Assembly (NCBI GenBank): GCA_963731045.1
Contig: CAVSVC010000010.1
Location: forward strand, 3,865 to 67,864
DNA length: 64,000 bases
Reading direction: 5' to 3'
From: an uncultured delta proteobacterium
GTDB taxonomy: Bacteria; Desulfobacterota; BSN033; UBA1163
The translations under genes were made by a program, and so were the position numbers. The stretch's first letter is position 1; every line of letters begins with the position of its first letter. Below the pieces are notes generated by a model, which was not told where the DNA came from, ran no database searches, and saw only the letters and a list, made by a program, of their open reading frames with translations. This document shows positions 1 to 9,633 of this stretch, in pieces.

Positions 1-2105
1 CTTCGGGAGTCTCCGTCTCCTTCGACCGCCCCTGTTCGCCCACCCGCCGGATATCGGACAGAGAGGCTTGAACCTGGCCTTCGCCGTCAGCACCTCCACC
101 TGCCCCGCCGGTTCTTCGACACTCGTCAGAACCCCCTGACTCTGGAGGCTCACTATTCTAACATGTTCCCCCACCTTTAAGCCAGTGGCCCCCCCTTCCT
201 TTTCCTGGCCCCTGGAGGACGGGAAGAACCTTTCCTTGATTTCTTCCAGATTCTTCCGGTGACCGATTCACAACGGCAGGTGTGAGAGATCCCTCTCTCC
301 TTCCTCCGTTCCGCATCCATCCTTCAATTTCTCTTCCACGTGATGGGGACGGAGTCTCGGCGGCCTTCCCCCTCTGCTCTAAAGAAGATCTCCTCCTGTT
401 CTTTCTGCATTCCTTTCAAGAATGGGTCCTTCAAATTTCGGCCCCATGTTCCTGAGCCGCCTCCTCCTTCCGTTTCGTCCAGTGGACTTTTTCCGTCTCC
501 GCATCCGCCCTCAACCTCTCCAGCGCCTCCAGGGTATGCCTCACTTCCTGTTCGCCGGCGTCCAGGTAGTGGTGGGCCTTCTCGAGGACATGCGCTGAAA
601 TCCCCAGCTTTTCGGCAACCAGAAAGGCGTTGCTCCAGCCCGAAGTCCCGTAGGAGAGGGTATACTTCGGCTCCAGGGTTTTCTCGTCAAATTGAACGGC
701 CACATTGTCAACATCGGCATGGAGGTACCGTAGATCTTGAGACGGTCGAAGTGGGTTGTCACGATCACAGAGGCTCCCAGTTCCCTGAGCCGGTCCAGGA
801 ACCCCATGGCCAGTGCGCATCCCTCTGAGGCGTGAGTTCCTACCCCCAGTTCATCCAGGAGGACGAGGGAGCGGGGTCCCGATCTTTCAATGACCTGGTT
901 CACGTGGAGGAGATGTCCGGAAGGTACTCAGGTTCTCTTCGAGATCCTGCTCGTTCCCGCCGATGACTGCGGAGATGTTGTCGAAGACCGATGCCCGGCT
1001 TCCTTCTGCGACGGGGATAGGAAGTCCGCACTGGGCCATCAGAGTCAGAAGTCCCAGGGTTTTCATGGCGACGGTCTTTCCCCCTGCGTTCGACCCGCTG
1101 AAGACAAGAACCCTGACCGGGCTCTCCATCCGGAGATGAATGGGAACGACGGGGAGCTTTTTCCTGCATGACCAGAAGGGGGTTTCGGGCCTCCTTCATG
1201 TCGATGCTCCCCTCCTCGTTCAGATCGGGGGGAACACTCTTCAAAAGGATCGAGAATCTGGCCATCCCGTAAAGAAGATCGAGGTCTCCCATGACCTCCT
1301 GGTCTTTCCGGAGAGCAGGGATCTCTTCTCTGAGTTTAGCGGAGAGCTCCGCCAGGATCCGGTACTCCTCTTCCTTCTCCTCTCCGATCAGGATGTTGAC
1401 CTCATTGTTGAGGTGAAGGATCTGGATGGGCTCAAAGAAGAAGGTCGCCCCGCTTTGAGACTGGTCGTGGACGATTCCCTCAAGGCGGTGCTTGTGCTCC
1501 GACTTGATGAGAATCACATATCTTCCGTTTCGGAGGGTAATAAAATCCTCCTGGAAGATGGATTCAAGGTCTTCCCGCCGCAGCAGGCGTTCCAGCATCC
1601 CCTTGGCCTTCTCCCTCAAGGCACCCAGCTGCCGGCGGATGTCCGCAAGGGCCGGGCTTGCCCCGTCGAGGATCCCCTCTTTGGAGCTCACGGACTGGAG
1701 GATCTCTCTTTCCAGATTCTTAAGTGAGGAGAGCCTCCCGACCTTCGTCTGAAGAAGAGAGAATCGGGCCTTCTCCACCTTCTGAAAGAAGCGTTTCAGG
1801 CTATGGCATAATCCCAGCTGCTCGGAGAGGTCGATGAGGTCCTCGATCGTGAGGACCGCTCCCTCCACCTCCAGCCGCGTCAGGATGCCTGCAGTGTCCC
1901 GGAGGCCGCGGAGGGGGATGTCCCCCTCGGTCTCCAGAACCTCTTTCATTTCGAGGACCTCGGATAGTTTGGACCGGATCTGGAACAGATCCCGGGCGGG
2001 TCTTAATGCTTCACAGCGTTTTTGACCTAAGGAGGAAACGGTGTGTTTCTTGAGAAGATCTAATAAATGGAAGAAATCTAATACCTTGAGGGAACGATCA
2101 TCCAT
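1..2105 (-). pseudogene. mutS2: Endonuclease MutS2; 3' end runs off the window and the frame is broken several times
   Basis: The N-terminal ORF 900..2105 (MDDRSLKVLDFFHLLDLL...) is followed by three segments in different frames. These are the Walker-A segment GSNAGGKTVAMKTLGL (887..1129), DELGVGTHASEG...TTHF (541..903) and the C-terminal helical part (431..820). Order and content match MutS2. Confidence 0.8.
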
Positions 2106-2175
2106 AAACCGTGATGAAAATCGACTTCTCGTAAAAACAGGGAACTAAGGGGAAAGTCTTTCTTTTACCAGTTGG

Positions 2176-2593
2176 TTAACCAGTTTTCCGTCGACTTTCC
2201 CCCCCAATTTGGGCATGACGGCCTTCATCACCTTCCCAAGGTCTTTCATGGATGGAGGCCTGCGTTTCTTCGATACTCTGGTCAATGACCTTCTGTATCT
2301 CTTCCTGCGTCATGGCCTGGGGCAGGAACGACTTCAATATCTCGATCTCCGTCTTCTCTTTTTCAACGAGATCGGCTCTTCCGCCTGCCTGAAACTGGAT
2401 GACGGACTCTTCGCCCTCTCCTGACCATTCCCTGGATGACTTTCGTAATAGCCTCGTCATCCAGTTTGTTTCTTACTTCAATCTCTTTGTTCTTAACAGC
2501 CGAGCGAATCATCCGGATAGTAGAAAGACGCACCTTATCACCCGATTTCATTGTCTCTTTCATTTCATCAAGCAGTCTTTCTTCCAGATTCAT
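2176..2593 (-). pseudogene. GatB/YqeY-domain protein, frameshifted
   Basis: Two overlapping ORFs (2363..2593 and 2176..2460) together give a YqeY-like sequence: [39 protein letters not shown]... then ...[28 protein letters not shown]. Confidence 0.7.
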
Positions 2594-2801
2594 CCCTTAC
2601 CCTCTGTCCTGCATCTTCCTCATCTTCTTCATTGCCCTTTTCTTCGGCAGCCAGCGCTTTTTTCTTCTTCTTGATGCTCGGCTTCTCGTAGTGTTCTCTT
2701 TTCCGGATTTCCGACAGGATGCCTGTTTTTTCGCACTGTTTCTTGAATCTCTTCAATGCATTTTCGAAAGATTCATTTTCTTTAATTTTAATCCCGGGCA
2801 T
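2568..2801 (-). CDS. rpsU: 30S ribosomal protein S21
   Basis: [48 protein letters not shown] is a typical S21. The acidic tail overlaps the yqeY start and may be an artefact. Confidence 0.85.
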   Translation of the reverse strand: MPGIKIKENESFENALKRFKKQCEKTGILSEIRKREHYEKPSIKKKKKALAAEEKGNEEDEEDAGQRVRDESGRKTA

Positions 2802-2982
2802 TCATCTTCCCCCTCCTTCCATAATTCAATTTTGTAAACATCCAATTATATAATTTTATAAAATAAAGTCAAATTTATTTTCACGTCGTCCCGTCCTTTC
2901 GGGTTAAAGCAAAACAAAATCAATCTCCTCAACATCCTGCCCTGAGAAGCTATGAAAAAATCAAAATGTCAGAAAAACCTTT

Positions 2983-3146
2983 CCCGGAAGGAAGGGGCGG
3001 TTGGAGAAACTTTAGAGCGGCACCTTATACGGTTAACCCCTAACGCCGCCAAAGAATTCGTTTCACAGTATGATTGCCGAGATAGGAGACCCTTACATAT
3101 CATGTCCGCATTTCTAAAGTTTTGGAAATCGTCCCGTCCTTTCGGG
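2983..3146. repeat. MITE-like element, family 1: ~40-bp terminal inverted repeats containing the dyad TTCCRAAACTTTAGA
   Basis: Left end is cccggaaggaaggggcggttggagaaactttagagcggcac (2983..3023). Right end 3102..3146 is its imperfect reverse complement (cccgaaaggacgggacgatttccaaaactttagaaatgcggacat). A partial extra end lies at 2884..2903. Confidence 0.6.
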
Positions 3147-3358
3147 AAAAGAAGCACGGACCCTTTTGTTTCGTCAATCTGAAACACCCCAAAAAAGATT
3201 GAAAAAACATTTGTTTTGGCAGTTCTTTTGTGCTAACATTTCGGAAATTCAGGCAAAAATGACTATCCACCTTTTTCCCTTTCCGAGACCCGACTGACAG
3301 AGGCTGGTTACGGGGTAAGATCGCGGGCAGAAGGATTCGATTCCCGAGGAAGCGGACG

Positions 3359-5000
3359 ATGAAGATCAAGAAACTCTGGGGAGGAAGGTTCCGGGAAATG
3401 CCGACGGAGGCGATGGTGAATTTCCTCTCCGGAAGAGATGTACGGGCAATTCCTCCAAGTGACGAGGCGCTGATTGCTTACGATCTCTGGGGCAGCCGGG
3501 CCCACGTCCTCATGCTCTGCCGCCAGTCGATTCTTTCCCAAACGGACGGGAAGGAAGATTCTCAAGGGGTTGCGGGAGCTGGAGTGGCTCCACGAGAAGG
3601 GGAGGTTCAAACTGGATCCTTCCCAGGAGGACGTTCATTCCAATACGGAAAGCTTTCTCATTCGCCGGCTGGGAATCGAGTATGGGGGAAAGATCCATAC
3701 GGGAAGAAGCCGGAATGACCAGATCGTCCTGGATATGCGTCTCTATCTGAGGGACCAGGTGCTGGATTATGCGGATGGGTTGCTCGCCCTGGTCGATGCA
3801 CTGCTGAAACGGGCTGAGGCGCACCGCCTCACGATTATGCCCGGATACACCCACCATCAACATGCCATGGTCACGACCTTCGGCCATCTTCTTCTCTCCT
3901 TTGCGGAGGCCCTTGATCGGGATATTCAACGGTTTGCCCATTGGTTCTCTTTGTTTAACAAGAATCCGCTTGGGGCAGCAGCGGGATACGGCACTTCTTT
4001 CAATCTGGATCGCCATCTCACCGCAAGGCTTCTCGGTTTCGATTCCCCGAGTGAGAATGTCACGGACCCCATTACTCAGCGTTGGGAGCCCGAGGCGGAT
4101 CTTGCCTTTGCCTCGGCAACCATGATGGATCATCTTTCCACCATGGCCCAGACGCTGATGCTCTTTTCAACGAATGAATTCAATATGGTCCGTCTGAGCG
4201 ACCGGCACTGTTCCGGCAGTTCGATCATGCCCCAGAAGAGGAATCCGGACTCCCTCGAAGTGATCAAGGCGAAGACGTCCTTCACTCACGGGATGGTCAT
4301 GAGTCTCCTTTCCGTCGGCAAGTCTCTTTTCATGGGATACAACCGCGATACCCAGTGGACCAAGTACTGGATCATGGATCTGATCGCGGAATCAAAGCCT
4401 GTGATTCCTATCATGAGAGAAATCATCGAACTCCTTCAGGTAAATGAAGGGCGGATGCTCGAACTCGCCCGGAAGGAGTTCCTGGGGGCGACCTCCCTGA
4501 TGGAGTGGATGACGGACCGGTGCAGGGTGCCTCTTCGAAAAGCGAAGATGGTGATGGAGAAAGCGGTCAGATATTCCGAAGAGGAGGGCAAGGAGACGGT
4601 CTCCCGGGAAAGCCTGGTCAAAGCACTCCGGGAGATGAAGATGAACCTCCCCATGGAAGAGCAGGAAATCGAGGCCGTCCAGAAGCCCGAAAGGATACTG
4701 TCCCAAGTTCGCTCCTTCGGAATGCCTTCCGACCGGAGAATGAAGGAAAACATCGCTTCCCTTCGGGTGAGGATGAAAAAACATCGGGTCTGGCTCGCCG
4801 GAAGGAAGAAGGGAATTGAAAAAGCCAGGGGACGGGTCTCGGAGATGGAAAAGAACTGGGGGTGCGTTAAAAGGTGCCGCCGTACTGCCGTGGTGCAGTG
4901 GTGCCGTTCAAACCACAGCACCCCATCACCGGGCAACCGCAGCATTGTTCCGCACCGCCGAAGGATGAAAATTCGTTTTTGTCGAGAGTCTCTGTTTTGA
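3359..5000 (+). pseudogene. argH: Argininosuccinate lyase family protein, one frameshift near 3500; C-terminal limit uncertain
   Basis: MKIKKLWGGRF... (3359 frame) continues in ORF 3474..5000. It carries the fumarate-lyase signature GSSIMPQKRNPD and HTGRSRNDQ. Confidence 0.75.
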
Positions 5001-5073
5001 CTCAGTCACTGACACTCACACTGACACTTTTGTCTTTGTACTATGGCATTAAAACTTAAGGGAGGAGGAATGT

Positions 5074-5580
5074 ATGGGCAAATTGGATACGATCATCAAG
5101 GACGAGATCATCCGGTTGGCAAAAAGGGAGGTTCGGAGAATCTCTGGACCTCTGGGCCGGGATGTCCGGTCTCTAAAGGGAATGATGTCCGGAATTCGCA
5201 AGAGCCTCTACGCCCTTGAACGGGTGAACGCCCGGCAGCAAAAGGAGATGCGAGACGGAGATCTCCGGCTGGAAGCGACACCCGATCAGGTCAAGGGGGC
5301 CCGTTTCTCCCCTCGCCTGATTCGAGCCCTCCGGAAGCGCCTCGGGATCACCCAGGATGAACTGGCAACGCTTGCGGGAGTGTCCGTAGGGGCCGTGCAT
5401 CAGTGGGAAATGGGTAAGTTTCAGCCCCGGGATGACAAAAAGGGTGTCCTTGTGGCCCTGAGGGGACATGGCCGCCGGGAGGTCCGGAAGCGCCTTGAAG
5501 AGAGCCGCGGCAAGGTTGAGTCCTCCCCGAAAAAAGAGAAGAAGGTCTCAGCCCCCGCGAAGAAAGCCAGGAAGAGATAG
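5074..5580 (+). CDS. XRE-type helix-turn-helix protein with a Lys-rich tail
   Basis: GGAGGAGG lies before the ATG. The HTH segment is LRKRLGITQDELATLAGVSVGAVHQWEMGK. Confidence 0.6.
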   Translation: MGKLDTIIKDEIIRLAKREVRRISGPLGRDVRSLKGMMSGIRKSLYALERVNARQQKEMRDGDLRLEATPDQVKGARFSPRLIRALRKRLGITQDELATLAGVSVGAVHQWEMGKFQPRDDKKGVLVALRGHGRREVRKRLEESRGKVESSPKKEKKVSAPAKKARKR

Positions 5581-5591
5581 CCTGTTTTTTC

Positions 5592-6869
5592 ATGAGTCAA
5601 CTGAATCCTCTCCTTCTGACCTATCTCGCCCTCTGGTTGTTCAGGTCCGGAGGCCAGGCGTTTCTGTGCGGGCTGAACCTTTCTCACCTTCGGCGGCATG
5701 GCGCCTCCGTCCCAGAAGGATTTGAGGGGACGATCAACCCGGAGCAACTGAAGCGGATCTCGGACTACACGTCCATTTCAGACCGCTTCGGACTCGTTTC
5801 CCAGCTGGCCGAGCAGATCTTTGTCCTGTTTCTTCTGGTCACGGGTTTTTTGCCTTTTCTGAACCGCGTGATCGAACAGGGAACCGCGGAATTTGTCTTA
5901 AGGGGACTTCTGTTCTTCGGCATTCTTGGAGGATTGGAGGAGCTCTTTCAGGTTCCTTTCAGCCTGTGTGATACCTTCGTCATCGAAGCCCGTTTTGGAT
6001 TCAATCGAAGAAGTTTCCGGATGTGGCTGCTCGACTGGTTGAAAAACCTGGGCGTCGTGGTTGTTCTGGGAGGAATCCTCCTTGCCTGTCTTCTTCTCCT
6101 GGTAAGCTCTCTCGGTCAGGCCTGGTGGGTCTGGGCATGGCTCGCGGTGGGCCTCTTCGAGGTCCTGATGCTCTGGCTCTTTCCGGTAGTGATTGCCCCC
6201 CTCTTCAACAAATTCGAGCCTCTTGAAAACAGAACACTGGAGGAGCGGATCGAATCGCTCATGAAAAGGGCCGGACTGCAGATGAAAGGGGTTCTCAAGA
6301 TGGACGCCGGCAAGCGGAGCCGGCACACCAATGCCTATTTCACAGGCATTGGAAAGAGCAAACGAATCGTTCTCTTCGATACCCTCCTCGACGTTCACGA
6401 GGAAGATGAAATCCTGGCCATCCTGGCCCACGAGATCGGACACTGGAAGAAGCGCCACGTCCTCAAGCAGATTCTCCTGGCAGAGATCGTGTCCCTTGCC
6501 GCCTTCTGGTTGGCCGCTCAGTGGATCAACTGGCCGTTCCTCTACCACGCCTTCGGTTTTCAGGAACCGGTCGCCTATGTGGGATTGTTTCTTGCCGGAG
6601 CCCTTCTCGGCCCGATAGGCTTTTTCCTTCAACCTGCGGGCTCAGCCCTCTCAAGACATTTCGAAGTCGAGGCGGATGACTATGGGGCAGCTCTGATCGG
6701 GACCACGGAACCGATGGAGAGGGCTCTCCGGAGGCTGGCTTTGGAGAATCTGGCAAACCTGTCTCCCCATCCCCTCTACGCCTGGTACTATTTCGGCCAT
6801 CCCCCCATGGTCGAACGGATCGCCAGGATGAAAAGAATGGGCAGACACCTCCAAAATCGGCTAAGGTGA
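5592..6869 (+). CDS. M48 (Ste24/HtpX-like) membrane zinc metallopeptidase
   Basis: Multi-TM N-terminal part, HEIGHWKKRH (HExxH) and a downstream E...D motif; 425 aa. Confidence 0.85.
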   Translation: MSQLNPLLLTYLALWLFRSGGQAFLCGLNLSHLRRHGASVPEGFEGTINPEQLKRISDYTSISDRFGLVSQLAEQIFVLFLLVTGFLPFLNRVIEQGTAEFVLRGLLFFGILGGLEELFQVPFSLCDTFVIEARFGFNRRSFRMWLLDWLKNLGVVVVLGGILLACLLLLVSSLGQAWWVWAWLAVGLFEVLMLWLFPVVIAPLFNKFEPLENRTLEERIESLMKRAGLQMKGVLKMDAGKRSRHTNAYFTGIGKSKRIVLFDTLLDVHEEDEILAILAHEIGHWKKRHVLKQILLAEIVSLAAFWLAAQWINWPFLYHAFGFQEPVAYVGLFLAGALLGPIGFFLQPAGSALSRHFEVEADDYGAALIGTTEPMERALRRLALENLANLSPHPLYAWYYFGHPPMVERIARMKRMGRHLQNRLR

Positions 6870-6983
6870 CGATGACGAGGTCTGTTTCGGTTAGGAGGGT
6901 AACGGTTATGGGTAATTCGTTGGCCAATGGACGTAGCCGAATGGCGACACGGGCATCGTCACCGTTTCCTCTCGACGAAATCC
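6865..6983 (+). repeat. ~120-bp palindromic intergenic element, family 3, copy 1
   Basis: ggtgacgatgacgaggtctgtttcgg...ggacgtagccgaatggcgacacgggcatcgtcaccgtttcctctcgacgaaatcc aligns with 44796..44919 and with the reverse complement of 23895..24018. The ends GGTGACGATG and CATCGTCACC pair. Confidence 0.7.
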
Positions 6984-6992
6984 TTTACCCGA

Positions 6993-7793
6993 TCACCTGT
7001 TATTGAGAAGGGCCACTTCTTTCTGCAGGGCGCCGAGGTCATCGAGGAGTCCCCACCTCTCAATCAACCACCGGGCCCGTCGCTCGGCATCCGCGTTCTT
7101 GAAAATCTCCGCCTCTGCTTCAGGGAGCACATCGAGCATCTGCTGGAGGACGATCTTGTCCGCCGCAAGCATCCGGGCCACTTCGTAGGCGATCAATCCC
7201 ATATTCGCCTTCCGATTCGTGGGAAACGATTTCTGGATCAGTACGAGCCGGAGGACAAACCCGTCGCCGCCATCTCTCCGGTCTCCGGAGGCGGGATAGC
7301 CGGAAGAATTGATCTCTTCCCTCTGCTGCCCGAGCACGATCTGCATCGTGGAACGTGTGATGGGAATCGTAAGGTTCGAAAAAAATCTGTTCTTCGGAAC
7401 CTCGTAAAAGATGAGCAGATTCTTGAACAGCACCTCTCCGAGGGACGTGCTGTAAATCCGGCTCAGAAACTCCAGGAGGCAGGAACCGATATCGTTGGAG
7501 AAAATATGAGAGAGATCGATCACCCGGGCAATCATCTCCTGCTTTCTCAACTCCTGCTTTTCCCGTGCCTCTTCGGAAGACTGCTTGCTTTCCCGCAAAC
7601 AGTCCCTGATCTGATCGCAGCCTTGACATTCGGACGTCGTCCGGGTCACGGTCTGTCCCCCTGAACTGTCCACCGTCCTGATCGAGCCAAAACAATCTTT
7701 GTCGCTTTCCATCCACTCCCTCTTCCCCGAATCCGGCAGTGGTATCGAGGGTCCGGATTCGTCGATCAAAAAAGTCGTTTTATTGTAACACAT
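6993..7793 (-). CDS. Hypothetical protein (possible GAF-like sensor fold; not recognised with confidence)
   Basis: Single long ORF between convergent neighbours, with no competing ORF that has a recognisable domain. The true start may be the internal MESDKD. Confidence 0.45.
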   Translation of the reverse strand: MCYNKTTFLIDESGPSIPLPDSGKREWMESDKDCFGSIRTVDSSGGQTVTRTTSECQGCDQIRDCLRESKQSSEEAREKQELRKQEMIARVIDLSHIFSNDIGSCLLEFLSRIYSTSLGEVLFKNLLIFYEVPKNRFFSNLTIPITRSTMQIVLGQQREEINSSGYPASGDRRDGGDGFVLRLVLIQKSFPTNRKANMGLIAYEVARMLAADKIVLQQMLDVLPEAEAEIFKNADAERRARWLIERWGLLDDLGALQKEVALLNNR

Positions 7794-7901
7794 AAGCGGC
7801 AGGACTTTCAGGTCTCCGGTAGTTTCCGGGTTGACACGCTCCGCCGGTCAGTGTTAATTCGTTAGGAAAGGTCAGTAACAAGCCCCGATCGGATCTTCTC
7901 C

Positions 7902-9089
7902 ATGGATTCAAACGTGTCCCGGGATTTTCGAGAAAGCTCTGTCAATGTATCAAAAGGTAGGAACGCCTACGCCACGACACGGAGGGCGATAGAGAAATTT
8001 CCTTTGCCTGATCTCCGGGGCCGAAAGGTCCTGGTCAAACCGAACGCAGCCCGGCTCGCCCTCCCCGGCAGCGGTATCACAACACATCCACTTGTCGTCA
8101 GAGCGATCATCGATCACCTCAGAGGCAGAGGAGCCGAAAGGATCGCCATCGGGGAGAGCTGCATCTTTGGAGTGGACGCCCGGGAGGCCTTCTCCTCGAC
8201 CGGGATGAAGAAGGTCTCCGAAGAGTCAGAGGTCGAGCTGATCGATCTGGACCGGGGGGACTTCCGGGAGATAAACATCCCCGGAGGAACTGTTCTTAAG
8301 AAGATCAAAGTGTCGGCCTTCTTGAACGAGTTTGATTTCATCATCTCCGTCCCCGTCATGAAAACACATATGCATACCGGGGTGACGCTGAGCATCAAGA
8401 ATATGAAGGGAGTGCTCTGGCGAAGAGAAAAGGCCAGGCTTCATCAGCTCCGTTCGAACAGAAGAATTACGAAGGGGGACAAGGAACTCGATGTGGCCAT
8501 TTCGGATATGGCAATCGTCCTCCGGCCCGATCTGGCCGTGATCGACGGAACGGTGGGAATGGAAGGGATGGGACCGGCCTACGGACGTCCCAAAGAGATG
8601 GGGATCGTCGTTATCGGCAACAACGGGTTTTCCGCAGATGCCGTTGCCGCCCGTCTGATGGGGTTGGACCCTGCGACGGTCCCTCATCTTCGATTATCCG
8701 CCGAAAAAGGGTTGGGAGAGATCCGGCTCGAAAAGCTTTCCATCACCCCCGAGGACTTCCTGAAGTGGGAGAACCCTTTCGCCCTCCCTCCGACGAAGCT
8801 CTCCATCCCGTACCCGGAGATCGTGGTCCACGACGAAGGCTCCTGCAGCGCCTGTCTTGCCACCCTGCTGGTCTTTCTTCAACATGACCATTCCGGCCTG
8901 ACGGACTACCGCCTGGAGGACGGGAAGACCCACCTTGGCATTGGAAAACATCTGAGGGACTGTCCGAAAGGAACGATTCTGATCGGAAACTGTACCGCAG
9001 GAATCAAGAAAAAGGGAATCTTTGTTCAGGGCTGTCCGCCTGTGGCCTCGCAGATACGGGATGCCCTTTCCAGAAAGATTTCCAGGTGA
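7902..9089 (+). CDS. DUF362 domain protein
   Basis: KVLVKPNAARLALPGSGITTHPLVVRAIIDHLRGRGAERIAIGES is the typical DUF362 N-terminal core. There is a C-terminal Cys cluster; 395 aa intact. Confidence 0.7.
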   Translation: MDSNVSRDFRESSVNVSKGRNAYATTRRAIEKFPLPDLRGRKVLVKPNAARLALPGSGITTHPLVVRAIIDHLRGRGAERIAIGESCIFGVDAREAFSSTGMKKVSEESEVELIDLDRGDFREINIPGGTVLKKIKVSAFLNEFDFIISVPVMKTHMHTGVTLSIKNMKGVLWRREKARLHQLRSNRRITKGDKELDVAISDMAIVLRPDLAVIDGTVGMEGMGPAYGRPKEMGIVVIGNNGFSADAVAARLMGLDPATVPHLRLSAEKGLGEIRLEKLSITPEDFLKWENPFALPPTKLSIPYPEIVVHDEGSCSACLATLLVFLQHDHSGLTDYRLEDGKTHLGIGKHLRDCPKGTILIGNCTAGIKKKGIFVQGCPPVASQIRDALSRKISR

Positions 9090-9130
9090 TCCCTCAGAAG
9101 CCGCAAAAGAATGGGTCCTATATCTCTTTT

Positions 9131-9288
9131 CCCGGGAGGGCGGGGCGGTTTCCGAAACTTTAGAATGCGAGTTTGTTGAAAAAGTCATTTTTCAGCAGTC
9201 TGCGACTCAGAGTTTCTACGCAGCCAGCTCCGTCTCCCGGGATAAGGCTTTCGCTCGAAAGTTTTCCAACCACCCGCATCCTCTCGGG
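9131..9288. repeat. MITE-like element, family 1, copy 2
   Basis: Left end cccgggagggcggggcggtttccgaaactttagaatgcg (9131..9169) and right end ctcgaaagttttccaaccacccgcatcctctcggg (9254..9288) match the two ends of 2983..3146. The interior is unrelated. Confidence 0.6.
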
Positions 9289-9362
9289 CAAAGACTTTTT
9301 CAAGTTTTGGTCTTTTCGCATCTTTCGCACTTTGAAGGGTTATATGTTTCCGGAAATTCTTC

Positions 9363-9391
9363 TTGACAGGAGATTTTCGTCGTGTTAAGTA
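9363..9391 (+). promoter_or_regulatory. Candidate sigma70 promoter of the aro leader
   Basis: TTGACA 9363..9368, a 17-nt spacer, TGt then TAAGTA 9386..9391 (extended -10). It lies ~27 nt upstream of the leader ATG. Confidence 0.4.
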
Positions 9392-9417
9392 ATATTTTAA
9401 TTGTTGTTGGAGAAGAG

Positions 9418-9513
9418 ATGGATCAGCTTCGTTTCACCGATTTCAGCCGTGGGTATTATTTTTACTGGTATTTTTACGCCGGGGTCTACCCACGGGTGAC
9501 GGCTGATCCTTAA
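9418..9513 (+). CDS. Aromatic-rich leader peptide (31 aa) of the aro operon
   Basis: GGAG 9409..9412, ATG 9418. Sequence MDQLRFTDFSRGYYFYWYFYAGVYPRVTADP*, with eight consecutive aromatic codons at 9454..9477. It is followed by an attenuator structure. Confidence 0.75.
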   Translation: MDQLRFTDFSRGYYFYWYFYAGVYPRVTADP

Positions 9514-9575
9514 CCAGGATATTAGCCAGTCAGAAGCCGTGGGTAGATCGAATCTACCCGCGGCTTTTTTATTTT
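9445..9575 (+). promoter_or_regulatory. Four-segment transcription attenuator
   Basis: Segments 9447-9455, 9484-9495, 9537-9548 and 9553-9564 can pair 1:2, 2:3 or 3:4. The pairs were counted by hand. Confidence 0.7.
9536..9575 (+). terminator. Intrinsic terminator of the aro attenuator
   Basis: GCCGTGGGTAGAT-cgaa-TCTACCCGCGGC forms a 12-bp stem, followed by TTTTTTATTTT. Confidence 0.8.
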
Positions 9576-9633
9576 GGGCCGTGGGGAATCCTCCTCACGG
9601 CTTTTTTTATTTCAAAGAAAGGAGGAAAGAGCC

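Noticed and set aside
9022-9388. Track ORFs 9022..9366 and 9173..9388 between the DUF362 gene and the aro leader.
   Set aside because: They run through the family-1 repeat unit (9131..9288) and the aro promoter. They have no RBS or domain signal, so they are treated as non-coding.
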